Positions 48,735-61,708 of a stretch of DNA of 64,000 nucleotides are shown here, piece after piece. How positions within the stretch are numbered: the stretch's first letter is position 1; each line of letters opens with the position of its first letter. The translations under genes were made by a program, and so were the position numbers. The stretch comes from Chara braunii (Eukaryota; Plantae; Charophyceae): assembly GCA_003427395.1 (NCBI GenBank), contig BFEA01000007.1:3629078-3693077 (forward strand), in the 5' to 3' direction. Under the pieces are notes generated by a model. It worked only from the letters and a program-made list of their open reading frames with translations. It was not told the DNA's origin and searched no databases.

Positions 48735-51700
48735 TCAAGTAGCCAGAAAGTAGACCGAAAGGAGCAGCGAAGAAAACTTAGCCGGGCCGGTTTCACCGGA
48801 CTGGGTTACTGTGATCATGGGGGGAGGACCTCTTCCAGTGCCAGTGGGTGGGGGGGGGAAGGGGTCTGCAAATTCTTGAGCCGGGCGTAACCTCTCGCCG
48901 GGATCGAGGTTTGTCCATTCATGGAAGANCAGCTGGTAATCTCTTGCTATCTCCGTCCNGTGTCCTTCTTNCAGCTCTCCTCCCTGCTNGCAATTTTNAG
49001 ACCATCTTACCTNCGCCACCCATCCTTTTCTTTCCCCTCCCAACCAATCCTGACTGAATCGGGAGATGATCCTGTTGATGTCAGACCAGGAATTCATTTG
49101 GTCGAGTTTGTCTCTGGCCGCCTTCCACTGGGCAGCAATTTCATGTTGTACTAACAGGCGTAGCTGTTCTGTGACTTCTCCTTCTTCAACCCTTGCCCCT
49201 TCCATTTCCATAATGCAACGTTTCCACCATATGACCCACAGGACCGCCCGCCTGCCCAAATGAAACATGTTCTCCTCGAATGTGTTTTCCCGAATCGGGG
49301 GGTAATGACCTGGTAATATAGCCCTCCACTCCCATGACCATTCTGCACCGGGGAAAATGTGTCCCCAGATCCTGTCCCAAACCCTCCAAAGCAAAACCGA
49401 AGCCGGGCATTGGAGGAAGATGTGTTCGATTGTTTCGACCCTTTTCCTCCCCGGGTAACCCCTGAGACAGTTATGGCACCAGGGTAACGCCCGACCTTGC
49501 TGCTCCAACCGAGTGTGATCTATCAACCAGTTGTTTGTTGGCAAGCATCGGTGCGCTATTTGCCACTGAAGGGCCGAGATCTTAGCGGGTCTATTCCTAC
49601 GTTGAGTGAACCAACCGATCGGCTTGAGCAAGTCTCGGTCCACGTTAAAATGTCGATGCCACCTGTCCTCAACCGTCTCCCGCAGTCTTCGTTTGGGACG
49701 GAGCATACGATAGGCTGATTTGGTTTTTAGATTATAAAGTGTTAGTTGTTTTGTCGGCCCTTGTCTAATCGTGGCTCCCTGGGACCAATGCCACTCGTCG
49801 GGGTCGAAGGGGAGATCCTCAATCTGGGTTGTTGGGCGGTAGGCACATCATCCTCTGCCAGTGTCCAGAACTCTGATGCGATATATGTTCGTTCTGTCCT
49901 TCCAGATAAAGGGATCCTGGCTGCCTCGTAGAGTGCCATCCTTTTGGAGAAAGAAAAACTCAATTAGGGCCTGTGTTTGAGTCGGGTGTATGACATCTTC
50001 CAGGACAGGTCTTGGGATTGAGTGGCCGGGTCCACTATTCCTAGTCCTCCTCTGGTCTTGGGCTGGATCACCGAGTCCCAGGCTACTTGACTAATTGCGT
50101 GGGGGGTATTACTGTCCCCTCTCCAAAGGAAAGCTGCTAGCTGCTGTTTTAGTGACCTAAGCCCCCCGTCATTCATGGGGCATATGATCGATTTGTACCA
50201 AAGTGTGGCTAAAACCACGTTATTAATGACCAGGGTCCGCCCAAATAAAGATGTGTGCTTTTTATTCCATTGTTTTAATTTGGCGTTTGCTGGTCGTGCT
50301 AGCCGGTCATCGTTGGTCGCCGGCTTCCCTTTTGTTGTAATGAGGGTTCCCAAAACTCTCAGAGGGTCTTCCAGGGGGAGCCATGTGATTCACGGGTTTT
50401 TAGGAGGCCTTCCTCCTTGCTGGTGCATCCACCATCCTACCGTCTTCTGCCCCCAATTTACTGCCATATCAGAGAGCCGACAGAACCGGTTCATGAGAGT
50501 TTGGATTTCTTCCATGTTACGATTTGTTGCTTCCAACATTATGGTGAGGTCATCAGCAAAAAGTGAACAGATCGGTACTGCGTCCTTCGGGATGTTCGTG
50601 ATCTTAATGCGAGAGGTTCTTGTTATGCCTGAGGTTGGCCGAGAGTGCTTCCATTATTACCAAGAAAAGATAGGGTGCAATGGGATCCCCTTGTCTTACA
50701 GACGACCTCTGAAGCTCGAAGGGGAGCGCTATCGACCCATTGACCTGCACACAGGTAGTGGCGTTATGATGAAGGATCCTAACCCAACGTCGAAAGACTG
50801 GTCCAAAGTTCATTCTTTTCAAACATTTGTCCAGAAATTCCCAGTCCACGTGGTCATATGCTTTTTCGAAGTCAATGAATATAATGGCCGCGTTTGCTTT
50901 ATTCCGTTGGGCTAGTTGGACCACCTCATTAACTAGTAAGATATTTTCTTGTATATTCCTTCCGGTCATGAACCCTGTCTGAGCCGGGTGTATGACATCT
51001 TCCAGGACAGATGCCATACAATGTGCCAGCGCTTTGGCAACCATCTTATAGACTACTGTGAGTAGAGTGAGAGGTCTATAATTCCGAATGTTCATTTTGT
51101 CGCCTTTTTTGTATAACAGCGATAGCACCCCCTTACCCACAGTTTCTCCCATTTCCCCGATCCAAGATATTAAGGACCGCCTTTTACAATACGCATTACA
51201 TAGATGACAAAGAATTAGAATTCGGGGAAAAATGACCAAATTTACTCAGAAAGCTACCATGGACACCCATTTCTTCTCCATGGTCACAATACGGGCTAGA
51301 CGTACAGTCATAGAAGCCCTTTTTGACCCAAACAACGACGGAATCATAGTGGTAGTGAGAGATTGTGAATCTGCCTGTTGTTCCAGGATTGTTAGTTCTT
51401 TGTGGGTAGACATCTCTTGCTGTTGTCGTTGGGCTGCCTTGACTTTGGAAAGATCCTTGCTTTTTTTTGCTAGATAGATTAGTCCATTATTGAACCATGT
51501 TAGGTGTGAGTCGAACAGATGCTTTTGTTGACGCCAGAAGTTCCATTCGCCACGGATCATCTGCGTGAAGGTTGAATCTTTTAGAAGAGAGGTGTTTAGC
51601 TTATAAAAGTCAGGACCCTGGTCTGACCTTTTTCTCGTTGTCAGTATAATTCCACATGTCTTATGGTCTAGTCCTGGGTGCGGGCTCCGCGAGAGAATTA

Positions 51701-52390
51701 GCGACCAGCGCAATGCTCTTTCTAGGTCGTTAGAGATAAGGATGAGGTTAATCCTAGACTTGGACAGGCGTGCCGGGTCGCTATCCCTTACGCATGTAAA
51801 GGAACACGCCTGAGGGTGTAATCGGCGAAAGGAGTCGAAGAGTGAAAGTGTTTCACAGAGTTCGGCTATCATTCGTTCATCTTCCATTGCGGCGAAGGAG
51901 GGGGATTCTTGGGTGTTCCATCTGTCCAGGGTCCTGTCGGGGGTAGCATTAAAGTCCCCTGCTATGACTAGGGGGATGCCTTCCGGCACTTGTGTGGCCA
52001 GCTTCCCCAGAAATTCCCTTCGTTCGCCAACGGTGCTGGGTGAGTAAATACAGAGTATGCATAGTAGCTCCAGTTCCAGCATACCGAGGACGGATACCCA
52101 TTGTCCTTCTTCCTCATCTACGACCCAGTGAACTGGCTGAAATCTGGAGTCCGGAGGGACCCAGATTGCTACTCCTGCCGAACCTGGTCTGGGTGCGTGG
52201 GCTCTGAAAGCTGTGTGAGGCCAAACCATCTTATGTGCTCTGTTATGCTCGGGGGTGTCTTGTAGGTGGGTTTCCTGGACGCAGGTTACGTCTGGCCATT
52301 GTCTGCCTCCTACTCCTCTAAGCTGGTCTCAGATGGCCTGACGCTTTTCAGGTTTGCTCGACGCAAGACCATTTACATTAATAGATCGTA
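48735..52390 (-). pseudogene. LINE-D ORF2 (APE-RT-zf-RVT-like) with internal deletions
   Basis: SINVNG, VQETH, IYSP, GDFN, LDHK, NYRPLTLL, IDFEKAYD, RQGDPIAP, LFADDL, CHNC..ETIEHIFLQCP. Confidence 0.93.
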
Positions 52391-52399
52391 GATCAAGGT

Positions 52400-53150
52400 C
52401 GGTCGAGCTAACGCATTTCTGCCATGCTGGGTTCTTGCAGTATAGTGTTTCTAAATCATCCATTGTATTCCTTATTTACAGTGCGTGCCATGGCTTGTCG
52501 TCCCATCTNTCCAGGAGNAGNGTTCTCTTCCTCACCATCTTACACAGACACCTACATNTATCATCCTCTGACCAATACTCGNTGGCTTTGACTTTTGCAC
52601 ATTGGAGATCCAGCAGTGCATTGTGATTAAACCAACGTAAGTTGGCTGTCTTGTTGGTTTCAAAGCGCAGGAAGAGATTGTTGTTGACCATTTGATAGTC
52701 GATGGATCCAAGCAACCGCACTCCCGCTCTTGCGCCCGGGGCGTAGTGTGAGGGGATAAAGGTGCGCATTTGGTCGGTAAAAAACTTGTCCCCGTCCTCT
52801 CCCTCCTTCGGCGAGAATTCCCACCCTTGTAATGTTACGCCCCCGTGTTCCCCTATCGGGGAAAGGCCTATCTCCCATTTCCCATCGGTTTTCCTCAGGG
52901 GGGCCACCAGAACTCCCCCCTGTTTGGACAGGGCGTTTCAAAAAGCCCACGCTCTATGAGTTGTCTAATCTTGAGTCGTCGGGAGGTCAGTCCTTCGTCG
53001 AGTCCTTCCATGTTTTCCGTGCCTCCCGTGCTTTCCTTTTCCTCAGTTGGGGGGGGCTGGGTGTGCCCTTCCTGTGCTGGAGGGTCTTGGCGTGGAGCGG
53101 GGGATTCCTTGGTGGGAGGGGACGGAAGCGGCCTCTTGCTACGGCAAGTA
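52400..53150 (-). pseudogene. LINE-D ORF1 C-terminal remnant
   Basis: Position upstream of ORF2; APLRKTDGKWEIGL...NLRWFNHNALL follows a low-complexity linker. Confidence 0.55.
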
Positions 53151-53169
53151 TGCTTTGCATGTGTACATC

Positions 53170-54640
53170 CTTTCCACCACACCCTAGATTATTGTTTTTC
53201 CTCTTACTGCTTTCTCCCTAGACGAGTTCGCCAGACACCAAGTAGCAGAGCTTGCCAACCCCGCTGGCATGGTCACCTACTATTCCACCCGCTGCAGATG
53301 AGGAACGCCTTCGGGCACTGGAGGAAAGTTGTTCGATTTTCTCTCTATAGTTTCACGAAGGAAAGCCGTGGCTACAGGACTTGCACCAGGGAAGGGCCAG
53401 TCTTTTCTGCTCCGGTTGGATGTGGTTTATAAGCCAATCATTGGTTGGCAGGCAGTGATGCTTATCTGCTACTGCAGTGTGTGCTATTTTGGTTGGTTTG
53501 GCTTGATAGACTATAGCAAATCCTCTTTTTTGGAATTGCCCAATATCTGTCCTCGAGCCAAGTTAAAGAACTGATCGTAGTGGGAGTTTTATATGCAAGT
53601 CTTGGCGGCATCGGTTTGTGGAGTCCATCAGCCGTTTTGGACACTCTCAACACACCCGGATGGGGGCATGTAGTGGTAGTTATCGTATTTTTAGTATTTC
53701 TGGTGGTCGCCCTCCTCCTCAAGGAAATCATGATCCAAGCAGCGCTGCATACCGGTCCCACCAGGGCCCCCTCCCCCTACCAGAACCGGGCCGGTTGGAC
53801 TGGCTGGTGGACCGCGTCGGTTCCCCCCCAGTTGCCATTTACGCATTTCAAACACTCTGGGAGGCGGGAAACACCCTGAGTCCCTTCAAACACTCTCCTG
53901 CCTCCCAACTCCCGCCGCTTTGGAGATGTGCACCCTGGGGCTCGGTCACACCTGCGCGTTTCGTTGTAGCTGGCTACACTCGAGCGACCGGTAGCGGGCC
54001 CTGGGGGCCGCCGATCCAAGCGGATCCTGTGGATGTAAAAATATGTCGCGAGACGGGGGACGGTAGCTGGGGATAACTTTTCTGCGAACAGCGTTGATTG
54101 GAGGTCCCCACATGCGTTTGGTGTGCAACGTTGGAAGTAGGTACCATTTCTGCAGCGGGGTAGCAGGATACAACGGTATGGTAACTTTCTCACAAAGCTC
54201 TCGCCACGCCTACGCTGAAGTCGTAGTCGAATCTCAATCTTGCCCACTGGCAGGAAATCTTCCCACTGCTCAGTTGGCGAGTATGTATCGCCGCAGTTAG
54301 TGCTGACAGGCAAGTGAGTGTCAGGGGTGATGCGGCATACAGGCAACACGGATGGCCTATGGTTCCAATACTCAACGTTTAACGTGTATCTGCACCGCAA
54401 AGCGCACCACGTACTACTGGACTGATTAAGTGCTTTTTCATGTATTAAGACCGTTAGCAGCCGCAGATGCATTTTGAACGTTGTGTATGTGAGCCAGGCC
54501 CTCAAACACGGCCTCGGTCCAATACTCACCAAATGCAGACACTGAGAATGAATCTTCCAGTATAACATGGAAATATTCATATCGCAAACACCCCGCTGCA
54601 CAACATTCAAATTCTCCTCCCTTCCCCCCCCCCCCCATTT
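53170..54640 (-). mobile_element. LINE-E upstream part: ORF2 C-terminal region (53170-53570), preceded by probable degenerate ORF1
   Basis: HHCLPTNDWLINH..LALPWCKSC matches LINE-D HRCLPTNNWLIDH..RALPWCHNC. Reading continues across the TSD (WWKGCTHAKQQARVE vs WWKRCIMEMEGARVE). The ORF1 assignment is weak. Confidence 0.65.
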
Positions 54641-54986
54641 ATGCTAACTACAAGCAAGGAGCGTTCCCACCACTGCCGGTAGCACTCACACTGCCTCTGT
54701 AGTGCCGCTACCCACACTGCCTCCGTTAACAGCACTCAAAAAAGCAAAACACCAATATCGATATCTGATCCACAAGACCAAATCTACTGTTAAAGACCTG
54801 GGAGCCAAGGCAAAGTCGTGTGCCAGCTAGATCATCACACCAACAAAATCCCTCTTCTCCATCAGGGCTACTCTCTCATTATGGCTTTTCAAACACCCTG
54901 TAAAGAGCCTGAGCTGCCATGACGGGTTTCCCACCCCGCTCCCTTGGATCTTCATGGCTTATCGATCACAATGGGAACAACTCAAG

Positions 54987-55302
54987 TTTTTAGTTGTTTA
55001 TGTAAGAGCTATTGCTGTTCTATTTTTATTTGTGGTTATGATGCTAAATATAAAGATAGCAGAAATTCACGAAAATGTATTGCGTTATTTGCGTGTGGGT
55101 AGTATTATTGGACTTATCTTTTTGCTGGAAATTTTCTTAGTTGTAGATACTGATTACATTCCAATATTACCAACAGAATTGAGTACAACTGTATTTCAAT
55201 ATACTGGTTATGCTTCCAAAATACGAAGTTGGACGATTCTGGAAACTTTAGGAAATCTACTTTATACCACTTATTTTTATTTGTTTCTGGTTTCAAGTCT
55301 TA
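54987..55302 (+). pseudogene. nad6: NUMT: internal fragment of mitochondrial NADH dehydrogenase subunit 6
   Basis: FLVVYVRAIAVLFLFVVMMLNIKIAEIHENVLRYL..SWTILETLGNLLYT; abrupt AT-rich block lacking both termini. Confidence 0.92.
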
Positions 55303-55413
55303 CTAAGTTCTTACAGGTGACTGTAGTGAATATGGTGAAGGCATAGTCTTACCCCATCAGTAATTATGGTGGAAGGTCGAGGTTCCAAGGGTTCGGTTGT
55401 TCGCCGATGAAAA
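55303..55413 (+). other. rnl: NUMT: short mitochondrial LSU rRNA fragment, possibly preceded by a group I intron 3' end
   Basis: GGTTCCAAGGGTTCGGTTGTTCGCCGAT (55381-55408) resembles the LSU domain V A-loop region; upstream AAGGCATAGTC resembles a group I S/P7' element. Confidence 0.6.
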
Positions 55414-55981
55414 TCACTGTGGTAAACTCATTGCCGTGTCAGAGGAGTAATCTCCGACCTTATTACTTCACTATATGCGGGTGCTCTTCGCCGGTTCTCA
55501 CTTGCCACCTGACCAGTAGCGTTCCCGCCGCCCCTCGTTGCACTCTCACTGCTCCAGGTGGCGCCGCTGCTAGTAGTTCCAAGAGTTTCCCTCTGAGTCA
55601 CTCTGAAACTCGTAAACCTGCGTCTCTGTCTTGATCGTAGGCTGCAGCTATAAGCAGAGAAAAGCTCCTTAACAATGGTGCGAGTTCGAAACAAAAAGAA
55701 TTCCGATTTTAGAGGATAGGAGATGAGAAGAGATGAGATGAGAAGAGAAACAAAAAAAACCCATAAAAGAAAAGCAGACCCGCTAATACGAGTCATTCTA
55801 ATCCGCCTCAGGACCAAATTTCCCACAATCACGAGTGCCGCCCAAAGTCTATCCCCAGACAGGGCAAAGTAAAGAGCAGACTAATTAAAATTAAGATATC
55901 CCGTGATGTCACTATATGCAGGAAGAGAGGTGCAGAAATAAGCAAGAAGAGAGCAGCCGGTCCCATTTCGACCTCTCTCTC

Positions 55982-56040
<59 letters not shown>

Positions 56041-56061
56041 NNNNNNNNNNNNNNNNNNNNN

Positions 56062-56100
<39 letters not shown>

Positions 56101-57505
56101 CCAAAAAACACGTCACAACAGAAACTTAAGGAGGAAAGAAACAGTAACAGAGCGGCAGTCCACAAGTGGCCACTTCACAGAGCGGCAAAAACCGTTGGTG
56201 ACTGCTTTTATTGCCATCACAGAGCATATTCTGAAACCCCTCATGGCTATTCTCTTCCCGCTCCAACAGTACTTAGGCTGCGGGCAGTCAGACAGCTGGA
56301 GAGACACGCCAGATGTGCCGGAGATCTGTTTCAAAGTATAATCTGTAAAAGGTGAAGAATAAATGAATCTATCCTAGGGGCAGAGGTAAATAAAGAGCAT
56401 GGGATTGAAATTTCCAACATTCGTGAATGTGCCCTAAAGCTATGGACAATTACAGAGCAACCTAAAATGAGAGAACTCTATCCCATGAGAGAGCAGACAA
56501 AGTTCTATCTCTACCTGCCTGCAGTCAATGAATCTAACCTACTAACAAGGACAAATTCAGAGCACCAGATTCTCTTCTCGCTCCAACTATGAACAGATTC
56601 AGAGCAGCCCGAAATATTTGAAACTGAAGACACGCTCCCACCGTAGCTGCAAACTCTCCCACTGTCTGCAGCAACGTCGTGTCCAATAGTTCTGTGTTGC
56701 ATTCCCCCCTGCTCCTCTGAGATTTGGCGAGTGTATCAAGCCAAAACTTCGGCCAGATACTCTTCATTGTTTCGACCAGGTCTGGCGAGTCACGCTGTTC
56801 CATTGGAGTTGTAGACAGCACTCCCACCGTCATCACAGCCCTCCCACTGCTTCTGCTGCTGCTGCTGCCATCCTGCCCATAGTCCTTCGAGTGCTGCGTG
56901 ATAGTGTAGTTGATGATTGGTGTAAATGGTGTACTTGGTATCACTGATGAATCCCTGCAGGGCTGCCAGGATGCCATAGTCCCTGAGCACAAAGGCGCTC
57001 TCTCCCCCAATCAAGGAGGAGGTGTGGCTATGGCACTTTTCTTCGGGCATCAAGTCATCAACCATAACCCGGAGACCTAGCAGGGTAGGCGAGGCGATGA
57101 GAGTAAAGCGTGGTTTCAGTGTAGCAGCTCTCCAGAGTCAGCCGCCGACCCAACATTCGAAATTCTTCTTGTTTTTGTGTCGTTTTTTTTTTTTTTTTTT
57201 TTTTTTTGGTAAGTGGCAGCCTTTGAGGACCAAGTATTGTGTGGGCCTCGCCTAACTACTCTCCAAATGTGCTGAATGAGGCTGAATTGTCCGCGCGATT
57301 ATGGAAAGATACTTTGGCAATTTGGCATATTATTTGTCTTGTGTGAACGTTGACAGTATTGGAGTGAGGCCCCCATGTTTCAGCGATGAAGGCCACGTGG
57401 GTGTATATGCCATGAAGTACGATCTTACATTTGTATATGAATTCTTTCATTTATTGTGACTACATACATTAAGAGTTGAATACTCGATAATGCCATGAAG
57501 TACGG

Positions 57506-57543
<38 letters not shown>

Positions 57544-57545
<2 letters not shown>

Positions 57546-57581
57546 GTCTCTTATACACATCTAGATGTGTATAAGAGACAG
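57544..57581. other. Nextera mate-pair junction adapter (back-to-back Tn5 mosaic ends): assembly artefact
   Basis: Exact CTGTCTCTTATACACATCT+AGATGTGTATAAGAGACAG inside a (CA)n tract. Confidence 0.98.
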
Positions 57582-57664
57582 CACACACACACACACTGAA
57601 TGACACACAGGTGTCCATCCTTTCAAGGGTCAGGGTATAAGCGTTTTCACATTGACGTCCCTCT

Positions 57665-59419
57665 TTGACGATTCACAAAGTCCGCCAGTCACACAGAGTA
57701 GTGATGGATTCTCATTCATCCGGTCACATGCCTTGTGATTTTGACAGCCTTACAAAGGACTGTCCTATGGGGGGGAGAGTTTCTCGTACGGTTTCTCCAG
57801 CGTGCACGATCAGTCTGCAGGAGTCAGCGGCGAGTCAGTCTGATGCGGTTCAACAGCTGATGGAGTCCCACAACGTGATGTTCTGCACCGCCCCTCCAGC
57901 AATTATGCAGCCAGTGCACACACCCTATTTGCAGCCATCCTCTCTCTCTCCTCTGCCTTCGTTGCGTCGGCCCCTGCAAACTCTCCATGCAAGCGACGCA
58001 GTGTGTACTGTTTTTTCAGTGCACAACGGGTTTGCAAACACGACGGTTTCAGGTCTTCTTGGCAGTTCTTCGGCCCCACTCGATAGTTTAGGTCAGGTAC
58101 CATCATATTGTTCTTCAGCTGCAGTGGCTGGTGTGGTGGCGCAGGAGAACATCGGTGGCGTTGTTGTGGGTATTCCTCCTCCCACACCTAGGCAGTCAGG
58201 AGGAAAAACGTATAAGCGAGGACCTTATAAAAAACGACAGCGCCAACCTGCCGCTGTTGCTGTGGAGTCTGCTCCTTCGAGTACCGCTACAGGTGCAGGT
58301 CGAGGTTCCACTCGGCGATCATATAAGAGAAACAATCCCTCCGAACTGAAGGCGTTGCTTGCAATGCTGTAGGTTCACCACCACCTCCGCATTTTGGTGT
58401 GTGGTCTTCATGTCCCCCTTATCCACCGCTTTCTGAGTCTGGTGCTTCTCACCTTCTCCATGCTGCATGTTCTGCGCCGACTCCTCCGATGCCTCCGCCT
58501 TCTTCATACACATCATGTCCACCCGTGTACTCGATGCCTGTCATGGGTGCTGCGCCCGATGTTGTATCCTCCGCATCCCTTCCATGTCTACCTACGAGTG
58601 TTCAATGTCCGCCGTATATATGTGCACAAGGTCAGTCCTGCAGCTCCAGTCTGTCTGCTGGCAGAGCATGTGTCCGCAGTTCGTCCGCTATGCTATGGTG
58701 CGGGTCTTGCGCCCATGGCCTCTGCAGCTGCTTTCAGCAGTTCACCTCCACGAACATCATCAGGACGTTCTGACCGTGACATGTGTGGTGCTGGCGATTG
58801 TGCACCGGTGACATCCTGTTCACTACCAAGCTCATCGTGTGCATGTCCTATTACCGAGGTGGTTTTGCCTGTCAGCGGCTTATGTGGTTCACTGCCTTCG
58901 TCTGGTCGGCCAATGGTGGGGGGTGATGCACGTACAATGCGTCGTACATCTCTGGAAGCGACGGCTCTTTTTACGAATGCCGAAGGAGGATGTGAAGGGG
59001 GTGTGCGATCTGGTGGACTTGTCCCCCGAGTTGCATTGCCCAGTAGCGAGGGTGTCTCCAGTCCTGGTCATCGCAGTGGCCTGTCCGCTACCGCAAGTGC
59101 TGCAGAAGATGATGATGAGACGCGGGTGGAGGGGAATGGCCCGGAGTCCCCGGACGACATCAACATTCACGAGGAGAATTTGGTGGATGAGGAAGACAAT
59201 GGCACGAATGGTCTTGGTGCAGGTCATGGTATGGGGACGAATGTGCATGACGTTGTTGTCGGCGCAGTGTTGGATGTGCCTGCTGCAGGGGCGCATGTGC
59301 GGGGAAAGGGAAAAGAGCAAGTTGTGGATGGTGGGGATGGACGTGCAGTGGGTAAGCAGACGAAGACCAGGTGGGGTGAACGTGATACTTTGTTGCTCGA
59401 TGCGAGCAGATTGATATGA
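57665..59419 (+). pseudogene. Broken low-complexity ORF ending at the start of a possible Myb/SANT-trihelix domain
   Basis: Consecutive ORFs 57665-58372, 58399-58773, 58394-59419; basic patch KRGPYKKR; ends KTRWGERDTLLL (W-x3-D/E-T-x2-L helix-1 pattern), then stops. Confidence 0.35.
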
Positions 59420-59735
59420 GAGGTGCTAATTCGGAAGCCAGGGGAGTTGCTAATTCGGCGTCTGGTCGGCCAATGCTAACGGTGTCGCGATTATTCAAAT
59501 GCACACCACAGTTCGAAACCTGTCTGAAGCGTCAATGAAATGGCAGAAGCAGGTCACACCATAGAAATATACACTGCCACACTTTTTTTTTTCTTTTCTT
59601 TTCTTTTTCATGTGTGCATCAACTGAGCAGCCTGCCAATGTGCAAAATGAGAAGGAATCTTCCGCAAGAAAATAGGAAGATACACGGCCACGGACACATA
59701 CATTGGGCTAAGGAGTTGTCAGATGCAAAAGTCGC

Positions 59736-59828
<93 letters not shown>

Positions 59829-60589
59829 TGTGATCGGACATATGGATACGCAAGGATGGAGCTGCCAGTAGGGGCTCGAACTCGAGACCACCCGCGACAC
59901 AGTAACGAAACCTGGGAAGTGGCGAATATACCAGACTACGAGATCGAACACGCGACCTGTGCCACAAAACACCGCGTGGAACTACGGTAACCCGGCCAAG
60001 AGGGACTACCGGGTGGGGGGCATGGATCTACTCGAAATGACAAAAAAGGGGGATCCGACACAGATCTGACTGAACTGTATGATTGTAGAAGGACGCGATG
60101 CCGACGGATAAGGGTGTCAGAGGAGGAACTGACGCAGAACTGAACTAGAAAATAAATAGGAAATATATCTAGGAACGGTGATGATCGGCTGGCAACCGAT
60201 CGAAACGCGACGTAGGGGGAAGCCGCTGGACTGTAGGTGGAGACTGGCACAAATGTGCCATGTACGAGCTTACATGTGACGGGAGAGAGGGTTTGGGCTG
60301 TTGTACCGAGCTTATCGATTCATCTTTCTCGCAATCGCTCGTCCTTCTTTCCTTTCATGTGATCTTTGTGCATGAGAACGCGCTGTGTGCTTGAGTACAT
60401 GCTGTGTGTTTGAACTATCCAAGTAAGAGGAGTGGGGTGATAACCGACTGGGAAAGACACCTAGGAAGGTGGTCGCTAGACGTGAAACGACAGAGGAGGA
60501 TAATGTGAAGAGACGGTGGAAGAAAGTGGGGAGCAGTGGGAACAGCAGGAACCGGAGGGAGGTAGTAGGACGTTGAAGAGACGGGCAAG

Positions 60590-61708
60590 ATGGTGTGTTA
60601 CACGTGCAGAAACGACGACCATTTTGCACGAGATTGCCCGCAACGCGCATGCGCGACGACGAATAGTAGCCAGAATAAGGGTAGCGGAGGTAGCTACTAC
60701 AGATATAGCGGCCTGACATGGCAACAGAAAAAGGACATGGAGGACATTACCTGGATGAGAGAACTCTGCTCAGAACTAGCGAAGGAAAGAAAGGAGAGAG
60801 AAGATCGAGGAAAGGCAGAAATTGGAGGAGGAGAGGCAGAGAAGGGAGGAAGAGCTACACCGGCAACTCAAGAGTGAGTTAGATAGGCAAGGGGAGATAC
60901 GAGATGCTAGGCTCATGACAGCGATGACCACTCAACTAAAGACCCTGCACGATAAACTGTTAGGCCAGATGGGAGAGCTGCGATCGAAGATGCAGATCAG
61001 AGACAATCAATGCGAAGATATAGGAAAACTGAGAAGTGAAGTAGTGGACTTAGAGAAGGAACTGGCGAAGGAGGATAGCCCAGAAAAGGAGAAAGAAGAA
61101 CTACGGTGGAGGCTGGCGCAACTAAGGAAACTGAAGGAGGATAAAGAGCTAGCACGCACAAAGAAGAAGGTTATGGAGCAAGAGATAGAGTGGGAAATGG
61201 AACAGACGCGCATGGAAACGGAACAGACGCGCATGGAAATGGAACAGACGCGCGTGGAAATGGACCACGAAGAGGATCGATTCGCCCCTTCCTCTTCGGC
61301 GCGACCACCACAACCTCAGAAGCGGGTTAGACAACCGAACCTGGGAATCCGGATCGAGGAACCTTCCACACCACGCACGCCAAGGACACGATCGCAGGCA
61401 AAGAAGAACCCGGTGGTAGACTATGAGACGCTGCTGGCAGGATGGAAAGAAATCACAACGGACGGATCGAAGATGAATGTGGTTGACTACTGTATGAGTA
61501 TGAAGAGCTTCCTCCGAACGAGGACAATGGCGGAACTAAAGTGCCTATGCGATGAAGAGCAGATCGACTACGAGACTAGAGAGAAGACAATCAAGGGACT
61601 GATCGCCAGTCGGATGCAGCAGACCATCCTACGCACAAGCAACTCACATGACAACGATGAAGATGAAGTGACTCCGGAGAGAGATCCGGACATCATGGAC
61701 GCCTGGCA
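60590..61708 (+). pseudogene. Retroelement-type ORF: CCHC Zn-knuckle + coiled coil + SAP-like helical motif, one frameshift
   Basis: CYTCRNDDHFARDC (CX2CX4HX4C); E/K/R-rich heptads; TMAELKCLCDEEQIDY...K..TIKGL. Confidence 0.6.

Larger units (their letters stand above)
47817..53150 (-). mobile_element. LINE-D, 5'-truncated L1-clade element
   Basis: Poly(A) 47817-47847; exact 19-bp TSD TGCTTTGCATGTGTACATC at 47798-47816 and 53151-53169. Confidence 0.93.

Noticed and set aside
54954-55346. Functional nuclear nad6 gene
   Set aside because: Internal fragment only; start and stop come from unrelated flanks; no targeting peptide.
56534-57080. Possible minus-strand exon or ORF
   Set aside because: Plausible splice sites, but no recognisable protein and no frame is open across the whole segment.
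57544-57581. Natural Tn5/IS50 element or horizontal transfer
   Set aside because: It is the synthetic mosaic-end junction adapter; no transposase is present.
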